From the NCBI GenBank assembly GCA_963803145.1, contig CAWDLW010000008.1, positions 500,944-564,943 of the forward strand: a stretch of DNA of 64,000 nucleotides, in the 5' to 3' direction. Numbering within the stretch: position 1 is the stretch's first letter; each line of letters begins with the position of its first letter. The notes beneath the pieces were generated by a model. The model saw nothing but the letters and a program-made list of their open reading frames with translations, searched no databases and was not told the DNA's origin. The stretch comes from Methanotrichaceae archaeon. GTDB taxonomy: Archaea > Halobacteriota > Methanosarcinia > Methanotrichales > Methanotrichaceae. This document shows, in pieces, positions 41,106 to 51,784 of this stretch. Both the position numbers and the translations under genes were made by a program.

Positions 41106-41181
41106 TGGTGGGGCCACGGCGATTTGAACGCCGGTCACAAGACCCCCAGTCTTGTAGGATACCAGGCTACCCTATGGCCCC
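41106..41181 (-). tRNA. tRNA-Pro (GGG)
   Basis: GGGGCCA acceptor stem, CAAGA-CTGGGGG-TCTTG anticodon arm, GTTCAAAT T-loop, encoded CCA. Confidence 0.97.
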
Positions 41182-41276
41182 AGGCGCAACTTAGGATGCA
41201 TACGTGGCATATAAGGATTTCCTAAGGATTTCATACTCACAGCCATTATCTGCAACAATAAAATCAACAACAAGAA

Positions 41277-41540
41277 TCATCTGCCTTTCCCTGCCGGCTT
41301 CTTGAGCCCAACAAGCGCCATCCAGGCCCCCACAATGATTGTGCTTCCGAAGAGAATGATGCTCTGAGGCTGAAGCCCACTCGGATGATTCATGAGAACA
41401 TCGATGCCCATAATAATGCTTCCTGCGCCTATGCCTATAACACTCAACCTAGCAGAAAAGGGATACAAGAGCATACCTATAGCTACCAGAGCAGCGGCGA
41501 CGAGCAATGTGGGCGAGAACAAAGGGATGGATAAGATCAT
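41277..41540 (-). CDS. Small membrane protein
   Basis: Three hydrophobic helices. Confidence 0.7.
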   Translation of the reverse strand: MILSIPLFSPTLLVAAALVAIGMLLYPFSARLSVIGIGAGSIIMGIDVLMNHPSGLQPQSIILFGSTIIVGAWMALVGLKKPAGKGR

Positions 41541-41681
41541 GATTCATTCTCGGGCGGAAGTATACTTATAGTTTATTACTATTAATTAACAACCCATAAT
41601 AATTCAGGCATTATCCCATTTGCCATTTATTGGACGTTGGTTCGCCATTTATTTACCCCTTCAACTCCCAACTTCTTCCCG

Positions 41682-42842
41682 ATGAAGAGGATCTACATGG
41701 ATCATTCGGCCACAACGCCCGTGGCGCCCGAGGTTCTGGAGGCCATGCTGCCATATTTTTCGGAGAAGTTCGGCAACGCCTCCAGCCTCCACAGCTTCGG
41801 GCTTGAGGCCAAAGAGGCTCTGGAGACCAGCCGTGAAAAGGTCGCAAAGCTCTTGGGCGCGAACACAGAGGAGATAATCTTCACTTCGGGCGGCACTGAG
41901 TCTGATAATCTCGCGCTGAAGGGCATAGCCTACAGAAACAAAGAGAAAGGGAAGCATATAATCACAACAACTATTGAGCATCCTGCCATCCTGGAGGTCT
42001 GCCATAAGCTGGAGACCTTAGGATTTGAGGTAACATATCTGCCAGTTACAAACAAAGGCTTTGTCGATCCCGCGATGCTCGAATCAGCAATATGCAAAGA
42101 TACAATACTGATCTCAGCCATGCATGCTAACAACGAAATAGGCACCATCCAGCCGCTGAAGGAAATAGGGAAAATAGCCGCTGAGAGGGATATCTACTTC
42201 CATACGGATGCTGTCCAGAGCGCCGGCAAGATTCCGATTGATGTAAATGATATGGGGCTTGATCTTCTCTCGCTGTCTGCTCATAAGCTCTATGGGCCGA
42301 AGGGCGTTGGAGCGCTGTATGTCCGCAAGGGCGCGAAGCTTGAGAGCATCACCCAGGGCGGTGGGCATGAGAGGAACCTGCGCTCAGGCACTGAGAATAT
42401 CTCAGGTATTGTAGGCCTTGCCAAAGCTGCTGAGCTGGCCCAGCAGGTCATGGGCGAAGAAGCAGAACGGCTGACTAAGCTGCGCGATAGGCTCGCAAAG
42501 CTTGTTTTGGATAATGTGAAAGAGTGCTGGATCAACGGCTCAATGACGAACAGGCTTCCCTCAAACTTGAACTTCAGCTTCAAATATATCGAGGGCGAAT
42601 CGCTGCTGCTCTTCCTCGACTCAAAAGGGATTGCTGTTTCAACAGGCTCAGCCTGCTCGTCAAAGAAGCTTGAGCCTTCTCATGTGCTCCTGGCGCTTGG
42701 GTTAAGCCCTGTGGATTGCCACGGCTCGCTGAGAACCACATTAGGGAGATCAAACACAGAAGAAGACATAGATTATGCAGCCGGAGCCATTAAAGAGGCA
42801 GTCGAGAGGTTCAGAAGCATCTCTGCATTGGGGAGATCTTAA
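41682..42842 (+). CDS. iscS: Cysteine desulfurase (IscS/NifS)
   Basis: YMDHSATTP, SAHKLYGPKG, STGSACSS. Confidence 0.95.
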   Translation: MKRIYMDHSATTPVAPEVLEAMLPYFSEKFGNASSLHSFGLEAKEALETSREKVAKLLGANTEEIIFTSGGTESDNLALKGIAYRNKEKGKHIITTTIEHPAILEVCHKLETLGFEVTYLPVTNKGFVDPAMLESAICKDTILISAMHANNEIGTIQPLKEIGKIAAERDIYFHTDAVQSAGKIPIDVNDMGLDLLSLSAHKLYGPKGVGALYVRKGAKLESITQGGGHERNLRSGTENISGIVGLAKAAELAQQVMGEEAERLTKLRDRLAKLVLDNVKECWINGSMTNRLPSNLNFSFKYIEGESLLLFLDSKGIAVSTGSACSSKKLEPSHVLLALGLSPVDCHGSLRTTLGRSNTEEDIDYAAGAIKEAVERFRSISALGRS

Positions 42843-42964
42843 TGCTCGTAATAGATAATGGTCGTGATCGACCATAAATCGTAGGCTGTTGATATTGGTT
42901 ATTGGTGGCAGCAATCATCTGTGCCAATAACCATTAACTATATCCATTAGTCACCGGTCGCACT

Positions 42965-43423
42965 TTAGTCTTCAGCTGCTCTGCGTGTGAGAACTGCAAC
43001 GCCTCTCTTCATCGCAAGCATCTCCTCCGGTGCGAGAACTGCCTTGCCAGTAGCCAGCAGAAGATCTTTTTTATCCACAACCAGCACCTCCTCGCCCGCT
43101 CGAATATCGGGATCTAAGCTCACTACATGTCTGGCGAAAAGGTTGCCTCCCTTAACTATGAAAGGCGCCGCGTCATCGGAGGCCGTAACTCTTAGCCTTG
43201 GCGCGGGGAAAAAAGAATGAAGACGTTCGGCACCCAGCATGCTCAATGTCAGGAGGCCGTCCTTTGCCCGGACTGTTGCTAGACGCTCTTTTCCTGAATA
43301 GAGATACCTTAACCTTCCTGTCTTCGATAGACTAAATGTCGTTTCATCAGGAAAAAGAGCATCCCCAGCGCCCCTGCCGAACTGGAGATCTGCAATCATT
43401 CTCGCACGCTTAATCATCTTCAA
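42965..43423 (-). CDS. PUA-domain protein (archaeosine TGT C-terminal-like subunit)
   Basis: ADLQFGRGAG...SKTGRLR C2-like domain followed by PUA. Confidence 0.85.
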   Translation of the reverse strand: MKMIKRARMIADLQFGRGAGDALFPDETTFSLSKTGRLRYLYSGKERLATVRAKDGLLTLSMLGAERLHSFFPAPRLRVTASDDAAPFIVKGGNLFARHVVSLDPDIRAGEEVLVVDKKDLLLATGKAVLAPEEMLAMKRGVAVLTRRAAED

Positions 43424-43523
43424 CGACTCTGCTGCCAGCTAAAAAAGATTTATGGTTGTTTGATGCTTTGGCTACCATAATCTATTTTGCCTCCTTCGGT
43501 ACATCTCATCCAATCTCATAATT

Positions 43524-44786
43524 ATGGTGATCCGATTGAATAGTTTGGATGCTGTAGATCCAGAAATAGCGGCCGCGATCAGGGGAGAGCTGGAGCGGCA
43601 GCGGAATACACTTATTCTCATAGCCTCGGAGAACTTCGCAAGTCGCGCCGTAATGGAGGCTCAAGCTTGCATCATGACCAACAAGTATGCAGAGGGCTAT
43701 CCCGGCCGACGCTATTATCGAGGAACTGCATACGTTGATGTAGCCGAGGATCTGGCACTCGAGCGCTGCAAGAAGCTTTTCGGCGCAGAACACGTAAATG
43801 TTCAGCCTCACAGCGGCACACAAGCAAACATGGCTGCCTATTTCGCAGTTCTCAAACCCGGCGATACCATCATGGGGATGAACCTAAGCCACGGCGGCCA
43901 CCTTTCGCATGGAAGTCCCATCAACTTCTCCGGCAAGATGTACAAGATCGTGCCTTACAGCGTCTCTGAAAAGACAGAGATGCTGGATTATGGCGTGATG
44001 CTGGATCTGGCGAAGCAGAGCAAGCCAAATCTCATCGTTGTGGGAGCTTCATCATATCCTAGGATCATAGACTTCAAAGCCGTTCGTGAAATCGCAGATG
44101 AGGTTGGGGCAATGGTCATGGCAGACATCGCCCACATAGCTGGCCTTGTGGCAGCTGGCGCTCACCCAACGCCTGTTCCCTATGCGGATATAGTTACTAC
44201 TACTACTCATAAGACATTGAGAGGACCTAGGGGCGCTCTGATCATGTGCAAGGAGGAATTGGGTCCAGCTATCGATAAATCGGTGTTCCCGGGAACCCAG
44301 GGTGGTCCGTTCATGCAGGCGATAGCTGCTAAAGCTGTGGCCTTCAAAGAGGCCATGACCCCGGAGTTCAAGGATTACCAGTTCCAGATAGTGAAAAATG
44401 CCAAGGTGCTCGCAGATCGCCTGATGGAGAACAACTTCGATCTCGTTTCAGGAGGAACGGATAATCATCTAATGCTTGTCAAGCTCATGAAAGAGGGAAT
44501 CACAGGAAAGGAGGCCGACGAGACCTTGGAGAGGGCAGGTATCACGCTGAACAGGAACATGATACCCTTTGATACAGCCAAGCCGCTCATCACAAGCGGC
44601 ATCAGGATTGGAACGCCTGCGATCACGACTCGCGGCATGAAGGAGCCTCAAATGGTTCAGATCGGAGATCTTATCACAGAGGTCCTAAGAAATATCAAGA
44701 GCGAAGAGACCGTGAAATCAGTGCGCTCCAGAGTAAAGACGCTTTGCGATCAGTTCCCGCTATATTCTGACCTGTTATGCTCATAG
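43524..44786 (+). CDS. glyA: Serine hydroxymethyltransferase
   Basis: [29 protein letters not shown]. Confidence 0.97.
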   Translation: MVIRLNSLDAVDPEIAAAIRGELERQRNTLILIASENFASRAVMEAQACIMTNKYAEGYPGRRYYRGTAYVDVAEDLALERCKKLFGAEHVNVQPHSGTQANMAAYFAVLKPGDTIMGMNLSHGGHLSHGSPINFSGKMYKIVPYSVSEKTEMLDYGVMLDLAKQSKPNLIVVGASSYPRIIDFKAVREIADEVGAMVMADIAHIAGLVAAGAHPTPVPYADIVTTTTHKTLRGPRGALIMCKEELGPAIDKSVFPGTQGGPFMQAIAAKAVAFKEAMTPEFKDYQFQIVKNAKVLADRLMENNFDLVSGGTDNHLMLVKLMKEGITGKEADETLERAGITLNRNMIPFDTAKPLITSGIRIGTPAITTRGMKEPQMVQIGDLITEVLRNIKSEETVKSVRSRVKTLCDQFPLYSDLLCS

Positions 44787-45643
44787 ATGGAAAGGCGCTC
44801 GCTTCGGAATCCGAGGCCGAGACAAAGGCAAGAGTCCAAAAGCTCGCTACCCGAGGTGTCGTGCCAGGACTTGTAACTGTGCTAGTGGGAGCAAACCCCG
44901 CATCACAGATATACATCAGACAGAAGCATCTTGGCAGCGCCCGAGTGGGAATAAAATCAGAAAACATGGTGCTACCAGAGAATGTAACTGAGGAACAGCT
45001 AATCACAAAGATAAAGGAGCTAAACAGTCGAGAAGATGTTCATGGAATCCTCTTGCAGCTTCCTCTTCCGAAATGTCTCAATCCACAAAAAGCGATGATG
45101 ACAATCGCTCCAGAAAAGGATGTAGACGGATTTCATCCAGAGAATATGGGCGCGCTTCTCTTGGGATCTGAAAGACTAGTGCCTTGCACACCCAGGGGAA
45201 TAATCTATGCCCTGGAGCGTTTAGATGTAAAGCTAGAAGGCGCAGAGGTTGTAATCGTCGGCCACAGTAACGTTGTCGGCAAGCCTCTGGCTGCAATGAT
45301 GCTGAATAGGAATGCCACAGTTCAGGTCTGCCACGTGTTTACAAAGGATCTGGCGTCGCATACGAGGAGTGCCGAGATATTGGTAGTAGCTGCAGGTGTG
45401 CCCGGCCTTATAAAGAAGGACATGGTGAAGCCTGGAGCCTATGTTTTTGATGCAGGTATAAGTCGTGTGGGCGACAAGACCGTTGGAGATGTGGATTTTG
45501 ATGCGGTTAAAGAGGTCGCTGCTGCCATAACCCCAGTTCCCGGAGGAGTCGGACCACTGACGGTGGCAATGCTTCTAAGCCAGACTGTGCAGGCTGCAGA
45601 AAACCATGTAGGAAATCGGGCAGGGATTCAAGGCTGTCGCTGA
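44777..45643 (+). CDS. folD: Methylene-THF dehydrogenase/cyclohydrolase
   Basis: [21 protein letters not shown]. Confidence 0.96.
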   Translation: MLIDGKALASESEAETKARVQKLATRGVVPGLVTVLVGANPASQIYIRQKHLGSARVGIKSENMVLPENVTEEQLITKIKELNSREDVHGILLQLPLPKCLNPQKAMMTIAPEKDVDGFHPENMGALLLGSERLVPCTPRGIIYALERLDVKLEGAEVVIVGHSNVVGKPLAAMMLNRNATVQVCHVFTKDLASHTRSAEILVVAAGVPGLIKKDMVKPGAYVFDAGISRVGDKTVGDVDFDAVKEVAAAITPVPGGVGPLTVAMLLSQTVQAAENHVGNRAGIQGCR

Positions 45644-46230
45644 TCATCGCCTGCGCCCTCAGCCGCGAGGCAATAATCGGAGGCGATAGGAGGTCGATAG
45701 ACTTCTTGGGAAAGAGCCCTGAGCTTGAGGAGGAGCTCTACTCAGGGATGATCAAAAATGACGATGAACTCAAAGCCAGGGCAAAGGAGTTAGGCGCATC
45801 CCTCTCTGTGTCTGACGGCAAGGAGAAGGTCTGGAGAAGTGGGGATATTCTGGTTGGTGAGGTTACTAAAATATCCCAGGAATCTGAAAAGCGGAGGCGA
45901 ATCTACCTGGCTCCGGGGGCCTACGTCATGGCAGATATCACAGGCAAAGAGGTCAAGATAACAGGCAGAGGTAGAGTTGCCTGTATGGTTCTCGGAAACA
46001 AGTTCACTCAAAAGATTGCAAGCGAAGGTGTGGCAAAGGCAAAAGGAAGGGTGAATGAGCAGATCATCAGATCTATCCTGGAGGATGCAGGAAAGAGGAC
46101 TGCATCTGTGAGCCCCGAATACACAATCCTACGGGCAGAGGTCTCACCGTTTAATCCTGACGCCGCAGTCCTGGCTGCCCTGAAGGAGGACTGCAAGAAG
46201 AATGGATGGAGGCCATGCGGTCAGGAGTGA
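45634..46230 (+). CDS. Connectase (DUF2121, proteasome-beta-like protein ligase)
   Basis: Extending in frame to CTG at 45634 gives (M)[21 protein letters not shown]...LEEELYSG, the DUF2121 N-terminus. Confidence 0.8.
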   Translation: MSLIIACALSREAIIGGDRRSIDFLGKSPELEEELYSGMIKNDDELKARAKELGASLSVSDGKEKVWRSGDILVGEVTKISQESEKRRRIYLAPGAYVMADITGKEVKITGRGRVACMVLGNKFTQKIASEGVAKAKGRVNEQIIRSILEDAGKRTASVSPEYTILRAEVSPFNPDAAVLAALKEDCKKNGWRPCGQE

Positions 46231-46823
46231 TACTGGCCGGTGGTTCTGGCAGCCGTCTGGGAACAGAGAAGTCTCTTCTGCTTTTTTGTGGAAAGCCGCT
46301 AATCCAGATGATTGTTAAAAAGCTGCTCGAAGTAGTGGATGAGGTAGTAATAGTAACAAGAAGCGACGAGCAGGCCGATGTTCTTCGAAAGCTTGTCCCG
46401 GAAGCTCATTTTGCATGTGACTGCATCTCGGGCTACGGCCCTGTTGCTGGCTTGGCTGCTGGAATGGCCAATGCAAAAGGAGATTATGCCTTCGCCTCTG
46501 GCTGCGACTTGCCATTTCTAAGCGTGTCGGTTATCGATAAGCTCTTCGAGCTTGCAAAGGGCTATGATGCTGCGGTTCCCGTTCAGCCTGAAGGATATAT
46601 GGACACCCTGCATTCAGTTTATAGGCGAGAAAAAATGAGGTTGGCCTGTGAGAGGGCGATTGCCAGAGGTGAACGCAAAATTTCTGCGCCTCTAAGAGAG
46701 ATGAAGTTGAATCTGGTTCCTGTAGAGATTCTTAGTCCTCTTGATCCTGAGCTTCTGACTTTTTTCAACGTGAATACAAGAGAGGATCTTAAGGCTGCTC
46801 TGAAGCTTTGCCGTGAGGATTAG
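46206..46823 (+). CDS. mobA: Molybdenum cofactor guanylyltransferase
   Basis: [28 protein letters not shown]. Confidence 0.92.
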   Translation: MEAMRSGVILAGGSGSRLGTEKSLLLFCGKPLIQMIVKKLLEVVDEVVIVTRSDEQADVLRKLVPEAHFACDCISGYGPVAGLAAGMANAKGDYAFASGCDLPFLSVSVIDKLFELAKGYDAAVPVQPEGYMDTLHSVYRREKMRLACERAIARGERKISAPLREMKLNLVPVEILSPLDPELLTFFNVNTREDLKAALKLCRED

Positions 46824-46887
46824 ACGATTAGAGTGTTAGGCACTAAAGGTTAAAAGCTAATGATGAAGATGGTGCCTGCCTAAGCGC

Positions 46888-47034
46888 TTATAAGTAGCGC
46901 TTGAGCAGCATATAGATCGCAAAGACTGTTACCCCAAAGAGGGCCAGCTTAACTAGAAACCAGAACGAACTCCAGAGCACAAGGGCTGCCAGGACGGCCA
47001 GCAGTATAAGCACTAAGTTCTTCTCGCGGTTCAT
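46888..47034 (-). CDS. Small membrane protein
   Basis: MNREKNLVLILL..., two hydrophobic segments. Confidence 0.55.
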   Translation of the reverse strand: MNREKNLVLILLAVLAALVLWSSFWFLVKLALFGVTVFAIYMLLKRYL

Positions 47035-47224
47035 TTCCGGCTCATTAATATTGAATATCCGCCTATGCATATAGCCACTCCTTTAATCGAACGGTTTTTA
47101 ATCTTTTCCGTATATCTTCTCGATTCCGAGACTTGACCCGGGACTAAATGAAAATTGGGGCATGACCAAAAGGAACCAAAAGCGTTATACCTCCACATTC
47201 CTCTTCAGGGGTGGTGAATATTCT

Positions 47225-48181
47225 TTGGACAGGCTAGAGCTGGTGACAAGGAACGTCGAAGAGATAGTTACGCTTGATGAACTCAAAGCATTGATGGAGA
47301 ACAAGCAGCGGCCTCGTGCCTATGTCGGCTACGAGACCTCAGGAAAGGTTCACCTGGGGCACATGCTCACTGCAAACAAGCTTTTGGACCTGCAAAATGT
47401 GGGCTTCGATATTGTCGTTCTTCTTGCAGATCTGCACGCATTCCTCAACGAGAAGGGAACTCTTGAGGAGGTGCGAAAGATTGCAGACTACAACAGGGAT
47501 TGCTTCATCGCCCTGGGACTAGATCCCGAAAAGACCGAGTTCGTCTATGGAACCGAGTATCAGCTCAAGCCAGAGTACATGCTCAAGATACTGAGAATGG
47601 CAAGGAACACGACACTCAACCGTGCGAGGCGAAGCATGGATGAGGTTTCGCGAAATGCTGAGAACCCGATGGTCTCACAGATGATCTACCCATTGATGCA
47701 AGCAGTTGATATCGCCGACCTGCATATCGATCTGGCCGTCGGCGGCATAGACCAGAGAAAGATCCACATGCTGGCGCGCGAGGAGCTGCCTCGCCTGGGC
47801 CTGCCCGCGCCCGTATGTATGCACACTCCGTTAATTCCGGGATTGAACGGCGAGAAGATGTCATCCTCGAAGGGGAACAACATTGCAGTCGATGAGCCTG
47901 CCGAGGATGTCCAAAAGAAGATCATGGCTGCATTCTGTCCGGCCGGCCAGGTGGAGAATAATCCAATACTTGCGATATTCAAGTACCACATATTCCCCAG
48001 GGTTGGGCCTATTACTGTTAAGAGGCCTGCGAAGTTCGGCGGCGACGTGACATACGAGAAGTATGAGGATCTTGAGCCAGCTTTCGTATCAGGAGCGATG
48101 CATCCGCAGGACCTCAAGAAGGCTTGCGCTGAGTATATGATCGAGATATTGAGGCCGGTGAGGGAGAAGATGATATCATAA
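47225..48181 (+). CDS. tyrS: Tyrosyl-tRNA synthetase (archaeal type)
   Basis: HLGH and KMSSS motifs; TTG start after GGTGA RBS. Confidence 0.96.
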   Translation: MDRLELVTRNVEEIVTLDELKALMENKQRPRAYVGYETSGKVHLGHMLTANKLLDLQNVGFDIVVLLADLHAFLNEKGTLEEVRKIADYNRDCFIALGLDPEKTEFVYGTEYQLKPEYMLKILRMARNTTLNRARRSMDEVSRNAENPMVSQMIYPLMQAVDIADLHIDLAVGGIDQRKIHMLAREELPRLGLPAPVCMHTPLIPGLNGEKMSSSKGNNIAVDEPAEDVQKKIMAAFCPAGQVENNPILAIFKYHIFPRVGPITVKRPAKFGGDVTYEKYEDLEPAFVSGAMHPQDLKKACAEYMIEILRPVREKMIS

Positions 48182-48241
48182 TCGAAAAAGGCGAACAATT
48201 TTCAATTTTTATTTAGTCTATTTGTATCTCTAAGATTTAGC

Positions 48242-49379
48242 GAGGATTCCTATTTACTTGTATCCTAAGGGCGGTTTTTTTAAATCGACTCTAGATTTGC
48301 CTTACGATGTTCGCTATTCTTGGTCTAACCTGTTTTTTTTCAGTTAATTCTCGATAGCATCCGCTATCCCTAAATGACATTTGCCTTTTTAAGAGTACAA
48401 AGCTGATACAAGTTAAAAGCGAAAGCGGTAACTATCATTTTCACATGCACTCTTCTGACTGATGTAACAAGCACTCTTCCAGCCTCGAAAACCCTCTTGA
48501 TTACAGCATGGGGCCTTTCGCCAGGCGATCTGAGGATACTGATCAAATGATTGCGTTCTTTATCAAGATCAGAAAGAGGTTTATCAGTAGTCCTGCGCTT
48601 CATTGTAAAATCAATACCTTTGGCCTTCACACCGAAATATCCTCTATCTCTGAAAACTGGCACGCCAGGGATAGAGAGATCAACCTGACTGTCATGCAGT
48701 GATGCAGTCGAGGTCTCTATATCACGTATTAGGCTGTAATCGATATCAGTTATTTGATGTAACTTATATCCGAAGTGAGTTTCATTGCCTTTCTTAGCCC
48801 ATGTGCCATCCTTGCTGCGACGTGTCTTAGCCTCATCGCCACGTGGTTTCTTTGACTCCGATGATCCTGGATCTGCTTCTATAAAGGTAGCATCCTGAAC
48901 AATTCCGCGTCTGATCTTCAATCCTTTTGCATCCAACTGTCTTTGAAGTTCAGCCCAAACAAGCCTATCTGTTCCTGTCTCCGCCATTCGTTCTTTGAAT
49001 GACCATATAGTTCTGGAATCAGGGAACTGATCAGGAAAACCAAGAAATGCCATAAATGATATGCGATCAGCCATTTGCCGTTCAACAGCCAGATCGCTCA
49101 GGCCATACCACTGCTGGAGAATCAGGATCCTGAACATTAGAATAACATCACAGTTGGGCCTTCCGCCCTTCTCGGTCTTATTAGTATACATCCCTTCCAG
49201 AAGAGGACGAAAGGGAACCCAATTGATCAATCCAGATACTTGAGCTAATTTAGACTCCTCTTGCTTTGCATTTAGACCTTTCAATACCCAAGTAGTAAAA
49301 GAATCCATAACAATAAATACTATTTGCTGTATTTAACACTTTCGATGCTAAAGCAGGGGGTAGGTTTATAGGAATCCTC
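48242..49379 (-). mobile_element. IS5-family insertion sequence, copy 2 (1138 bp)
   Basis: Same IRs as copy 1, opposite orientation; TSD TAGC (48238-48241 / 49380-49383). Confidence 0.95.
48370..49308 (-). CDS. IS5-family DDE transposase
   Basis: Identical to 7505..8443 except one Q/H change. Confidence 0.95.
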   Translation of the reverse strand: MDSFTTWVLKGLNAKQEESKLAQVSGLINWVPFRPLLEGMYTNKTEKGGRPNCDVILMFRILILQQWYGLSDLAVERQMADRISFMAFLGFPDQFPDSRTIWSFKERMAETGTDRLVWAELQRQLDAKGLKIRRGIVQDATFIEADPGSSESKKPRGDEAKTRRSKDGTWAKKGNETHFGYKLHQITDIDYSLIRDIETSTASLHDSQVDLSIPGVPVFRDRGYFGVKAKGIDFTMKRRTTDKPLSDLDKERNHLISILRSPGERPHAVIKRVFEAGRVLVTSVRRVHVKMIVTAFAFNLYQLCTLKKANVI

Positions 49380-50514
49380 TAGCGTTAAACTGTTTTAATT
49401 CATCCAAGAAATTAACCCATTGATATTTACTCTTTAGGTAATTAAGCGATCTATCAATAGCTACAGACGTAGCTAGGCCAGCGCCGCCAACCTTTGTCAA
49501 TAATCCTGCGGAACCAATTGATGGTAAGGCTGAAACGAGGCTATCACTATAATTCGTTCCCAAATAGATTAATGGTGCGGAGAGCATAGCGGTTATTTGG
49601 ATCCATCTGTTAACTTTTGGAAAAGTATCCAACATTCTTTTCTTACATTCGATAACTTCTTTATTTAATTCATTCAATATTATGTCTGAATTTCCTTTGT
49701 CTTTCCCTTTAGCCAATCGTATAGCTTTCATGATAGCGTCTTTAGTTTGTTTCATTTCATCTCTAATCCTGAAGTCTATTATCTTGCCTATCAATAATTC
49801 TGTTTGTTCCAAACATTCCGATTTGCATTTTTCCTCTTTCGCACAAGTGTTACAAATTCCATGAATTGCATAATTCCCCAACACTTGGACTTCTGGAATA
49901 ATCATTCCGAATATATCTAAGAAAGGATATACTGGCGTGAGTGTTTCTATTTCTTTAAATCGTTGAGAACATATATTTAGTGCGTGGCTATCAAATAGAC
50001 ATCCCGAGTCCAATCTTCTGGAAAGCGCTAAACCGAAGTAGACGGAGGCCAAGATAGTTGGGCAGACTTCAACGTTACCTATGCAGATGTTAGCCAAATC
50101 TCCTTTTCCGGTCTTAGGGTCGACCTTAACATTTCGACTACCCCATCTTTTTTGATCCTCCTCGACTTGGTTCCATATCATATATTGAAGAGCGGGCTTG
50201 CATAACTGGTCCGGATCAAATAGGTTAATTACCTTTTCTTTCTTAAACTCATCTAAAACCATGTTAATAGAGTCCTGTTTTACTCGATCTTCATCAAATC
50301 TCTGAGCGATATATTCAAAACTGTTATTTGAGATAAAGATATTATCAGCCCACATAAATATATGGGGGTGCTTTACTAGCCATTCAACTGCGACATTACC
50401 TACAGTACAACTTGAACCTCCCCCTATCCCAGCAAATGAATAGCTATGAACTAATGAATTTAAACTCATGTCGTCCTCCAATAACGACTTAATTTCCTCC
50501 AAAGTGGATATCAT
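49366..50514 (-). CDS. Hypothetical AT-rich protein with Cys cluster and hydrophobic C-terminus
   Basis: 382-aa ORF; CNTCxxxxxCxxxC; last residues and stop supplied by the IS5 IR. Confidence 0.8.
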   Translation of the reverse strand: MISTLEEIKSLLEDDMSLNSLVHSYSFAGIGGGSSCTVGNVAVEWLVKHPHIFMWADNIFISNNSFEYIAQRFDEDRVKQDSINMVLDEFKKEKVINLFDPDQLCKPALQYMIWNQVEEDQKRWGSRNVKVDPKTGKGDLANICIGNVEVCPTILASVYFGLALSRRLDSGCLFDSHALNICSQRFKEIETLTPVYPFLDIFGMIIPEVQVLGNYAIHGICNTCAKEEKCKSECLEQTELLIGKIIDFRIRDEMKQTKDAIMKAIRLAKGKDKGNSDIILNELNKEVIECKKRMLDTFPKVNRWIQITAMLSAPLIYLGTNYSDSLVSALPSIGSAGLLTKVGGAGLATSVAIDRSLNYLKSKYQWVNFLDELKQFNARGFL

Positions 50515-50629
50515 GTATCAAGAACTTAAGATTTTCGCTTAATAATTACAAAATTTTTCCTTTGTATGAGAGTTAGGTTGCCAGAATTGTAGTGTTCCCC
50601 CGTCTGTTTAATTCCAATAAGATGAAATG

Positions 50630-50746
50630 GGTAGTGTATCCGTTTGACTGAAAAACGCAGTTTGTAGCTTATGACAAAGAATCCGGCGAATTCGCTCAAC
50701 AAACTTTAATTTCTTGATAGATTTTCAGCTTTTCATATACACGATT
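50630..50746. mobile_element. 117-bp MITE with IS1-type ends (left copy)
   Basis: Ends GGTAGTGTATC...ATACACGATT resemble the IS1 TIR GGTCGTGTAT; aligns with 51785-51901. Confidence 0.7.
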
Positions 50747-50831
50747 AGAATTGAGGCTAGCATATAATTAAATTGGATAAGCTATCTATCCTAGAACGTC
50801 TTAGAGGTCTCACCGAAGGAGGAATATTACA

Positions 50832-51752
50832 ATGCCGATAGATATCTATTTCTTGGGTTTTTTAGCAGATGTAGATTCTTCAATATTGAAGGTTAAGTTA
50901 GATTATAATTTTAAAATAGAAGAAGTTTCTAAAGACGAGGGTACAGAGCTTCGTTCATCTTTAGAAGGCATTACTAAACTACAGGCTGCAAAACAAATGC
51001 TATTTGAAACTGACAATTATATGGTTAACGATTCTGTATTTCTCATCAAAAATTCTTTTAGATATGAAAAAGACATACTCGATCCTGTTGATGTAATGTT
51101 ATTCACATGTAAATACGTACAGGACTATTTAAAAAACATTTTGAAATTAATAGTTTTATTCAAAGAAGGCGGCGTTTATATGCCAAGGTATTACCTTTAT
51201 CTTGAAGATGGGAAGCCTATAATGAGTTCCGGCACACCACGCAATGTTTTCAGCCCTAAAATATATACGTTGTCTGATTCTGAAATAATCGATCTAAATG
51301 TATTTTTAAAAGAAACAAAACTTCCATTTAATAAATCCTTTATACAACTAGCATTTGATGCCTATATGATGTCATACAGGTTTATTGGTCCTAATCTTGC
51401 TCTGTCTTTTATAATATTAGTTACAAGTCTTGAAATCCTTTTCGTCGATGATCGCCGTGCAAGAGGAAAAGTACAGATTATCTCAAATCGCGCTAGTACT
51501 ATAATCGGAGGCTCTATTATAGAAAAAAGAGAGATACGTAAGAAAGTTGATTCTCTGTATAGAAAAAGGACAGATATTGTTCACGATGGGGATTTTAGAG
51601 CAGCATCTAAAAGTGATCATGAAGAACTTCGACATTATGTGCGCGAATGTATAAAAAGAGCATCGACGATAGATTTAAGTAAAGAAGATTTGATAAAAAA
51701 GTTGGATAATGATTGCAAACATTTTGGATCTATCTCTGAAAGCACAAAATGA
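50832..51752 (+). CDS. Apea-like HEPN domain protein (predicted RNase)
   Basis: LVTSLEILF and YRKRTDIVHDG (RxxxxH) HEPN motifs; GGAGG RBS. Confidence 0.82.
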   Translation: MPIDIYFLGFLADVDSSILKVKLDYNFKIEEVSKDEGTELRSSLEGITKLQAAKQMLFETDNYMVNDSVFLIKNSFRYEKDILDPVDVMLFTCKYVQDYLKNILKLIVLFKEGGVYMPRYYLYLEDGKPIMSSGTPRNVFSPKIYTLSDSEIIDLNVFLKETKLPFNKSFIQLAFDAYMMSYRFIGPNLALSFIILVTSLEILFVDDRRARGKVQIISNRASTIIGGSIIEKREIRKKVDSLYRKRTDIVHDGDFRAASKSDHEELRHYVRECIKRASTIDLSKEDLIKKLDNDCKHFGSISESTK

Positions 51753-51784
51753 ATCAAGTAATTTTTATGCGTACAGCATGCTCA

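Noticed and set aside
43524-45643. Bacterial-type glyA/folD as a novelty
   Set aside because: Tetrahydrofolate-dependent enzymes are already known in Methanosarcina relatives.
7434-49379. IS5-bounded 42-kb composite transposon or inversion
   Set aside because: Each copy has its own matching TSD, so they are independent insertions.
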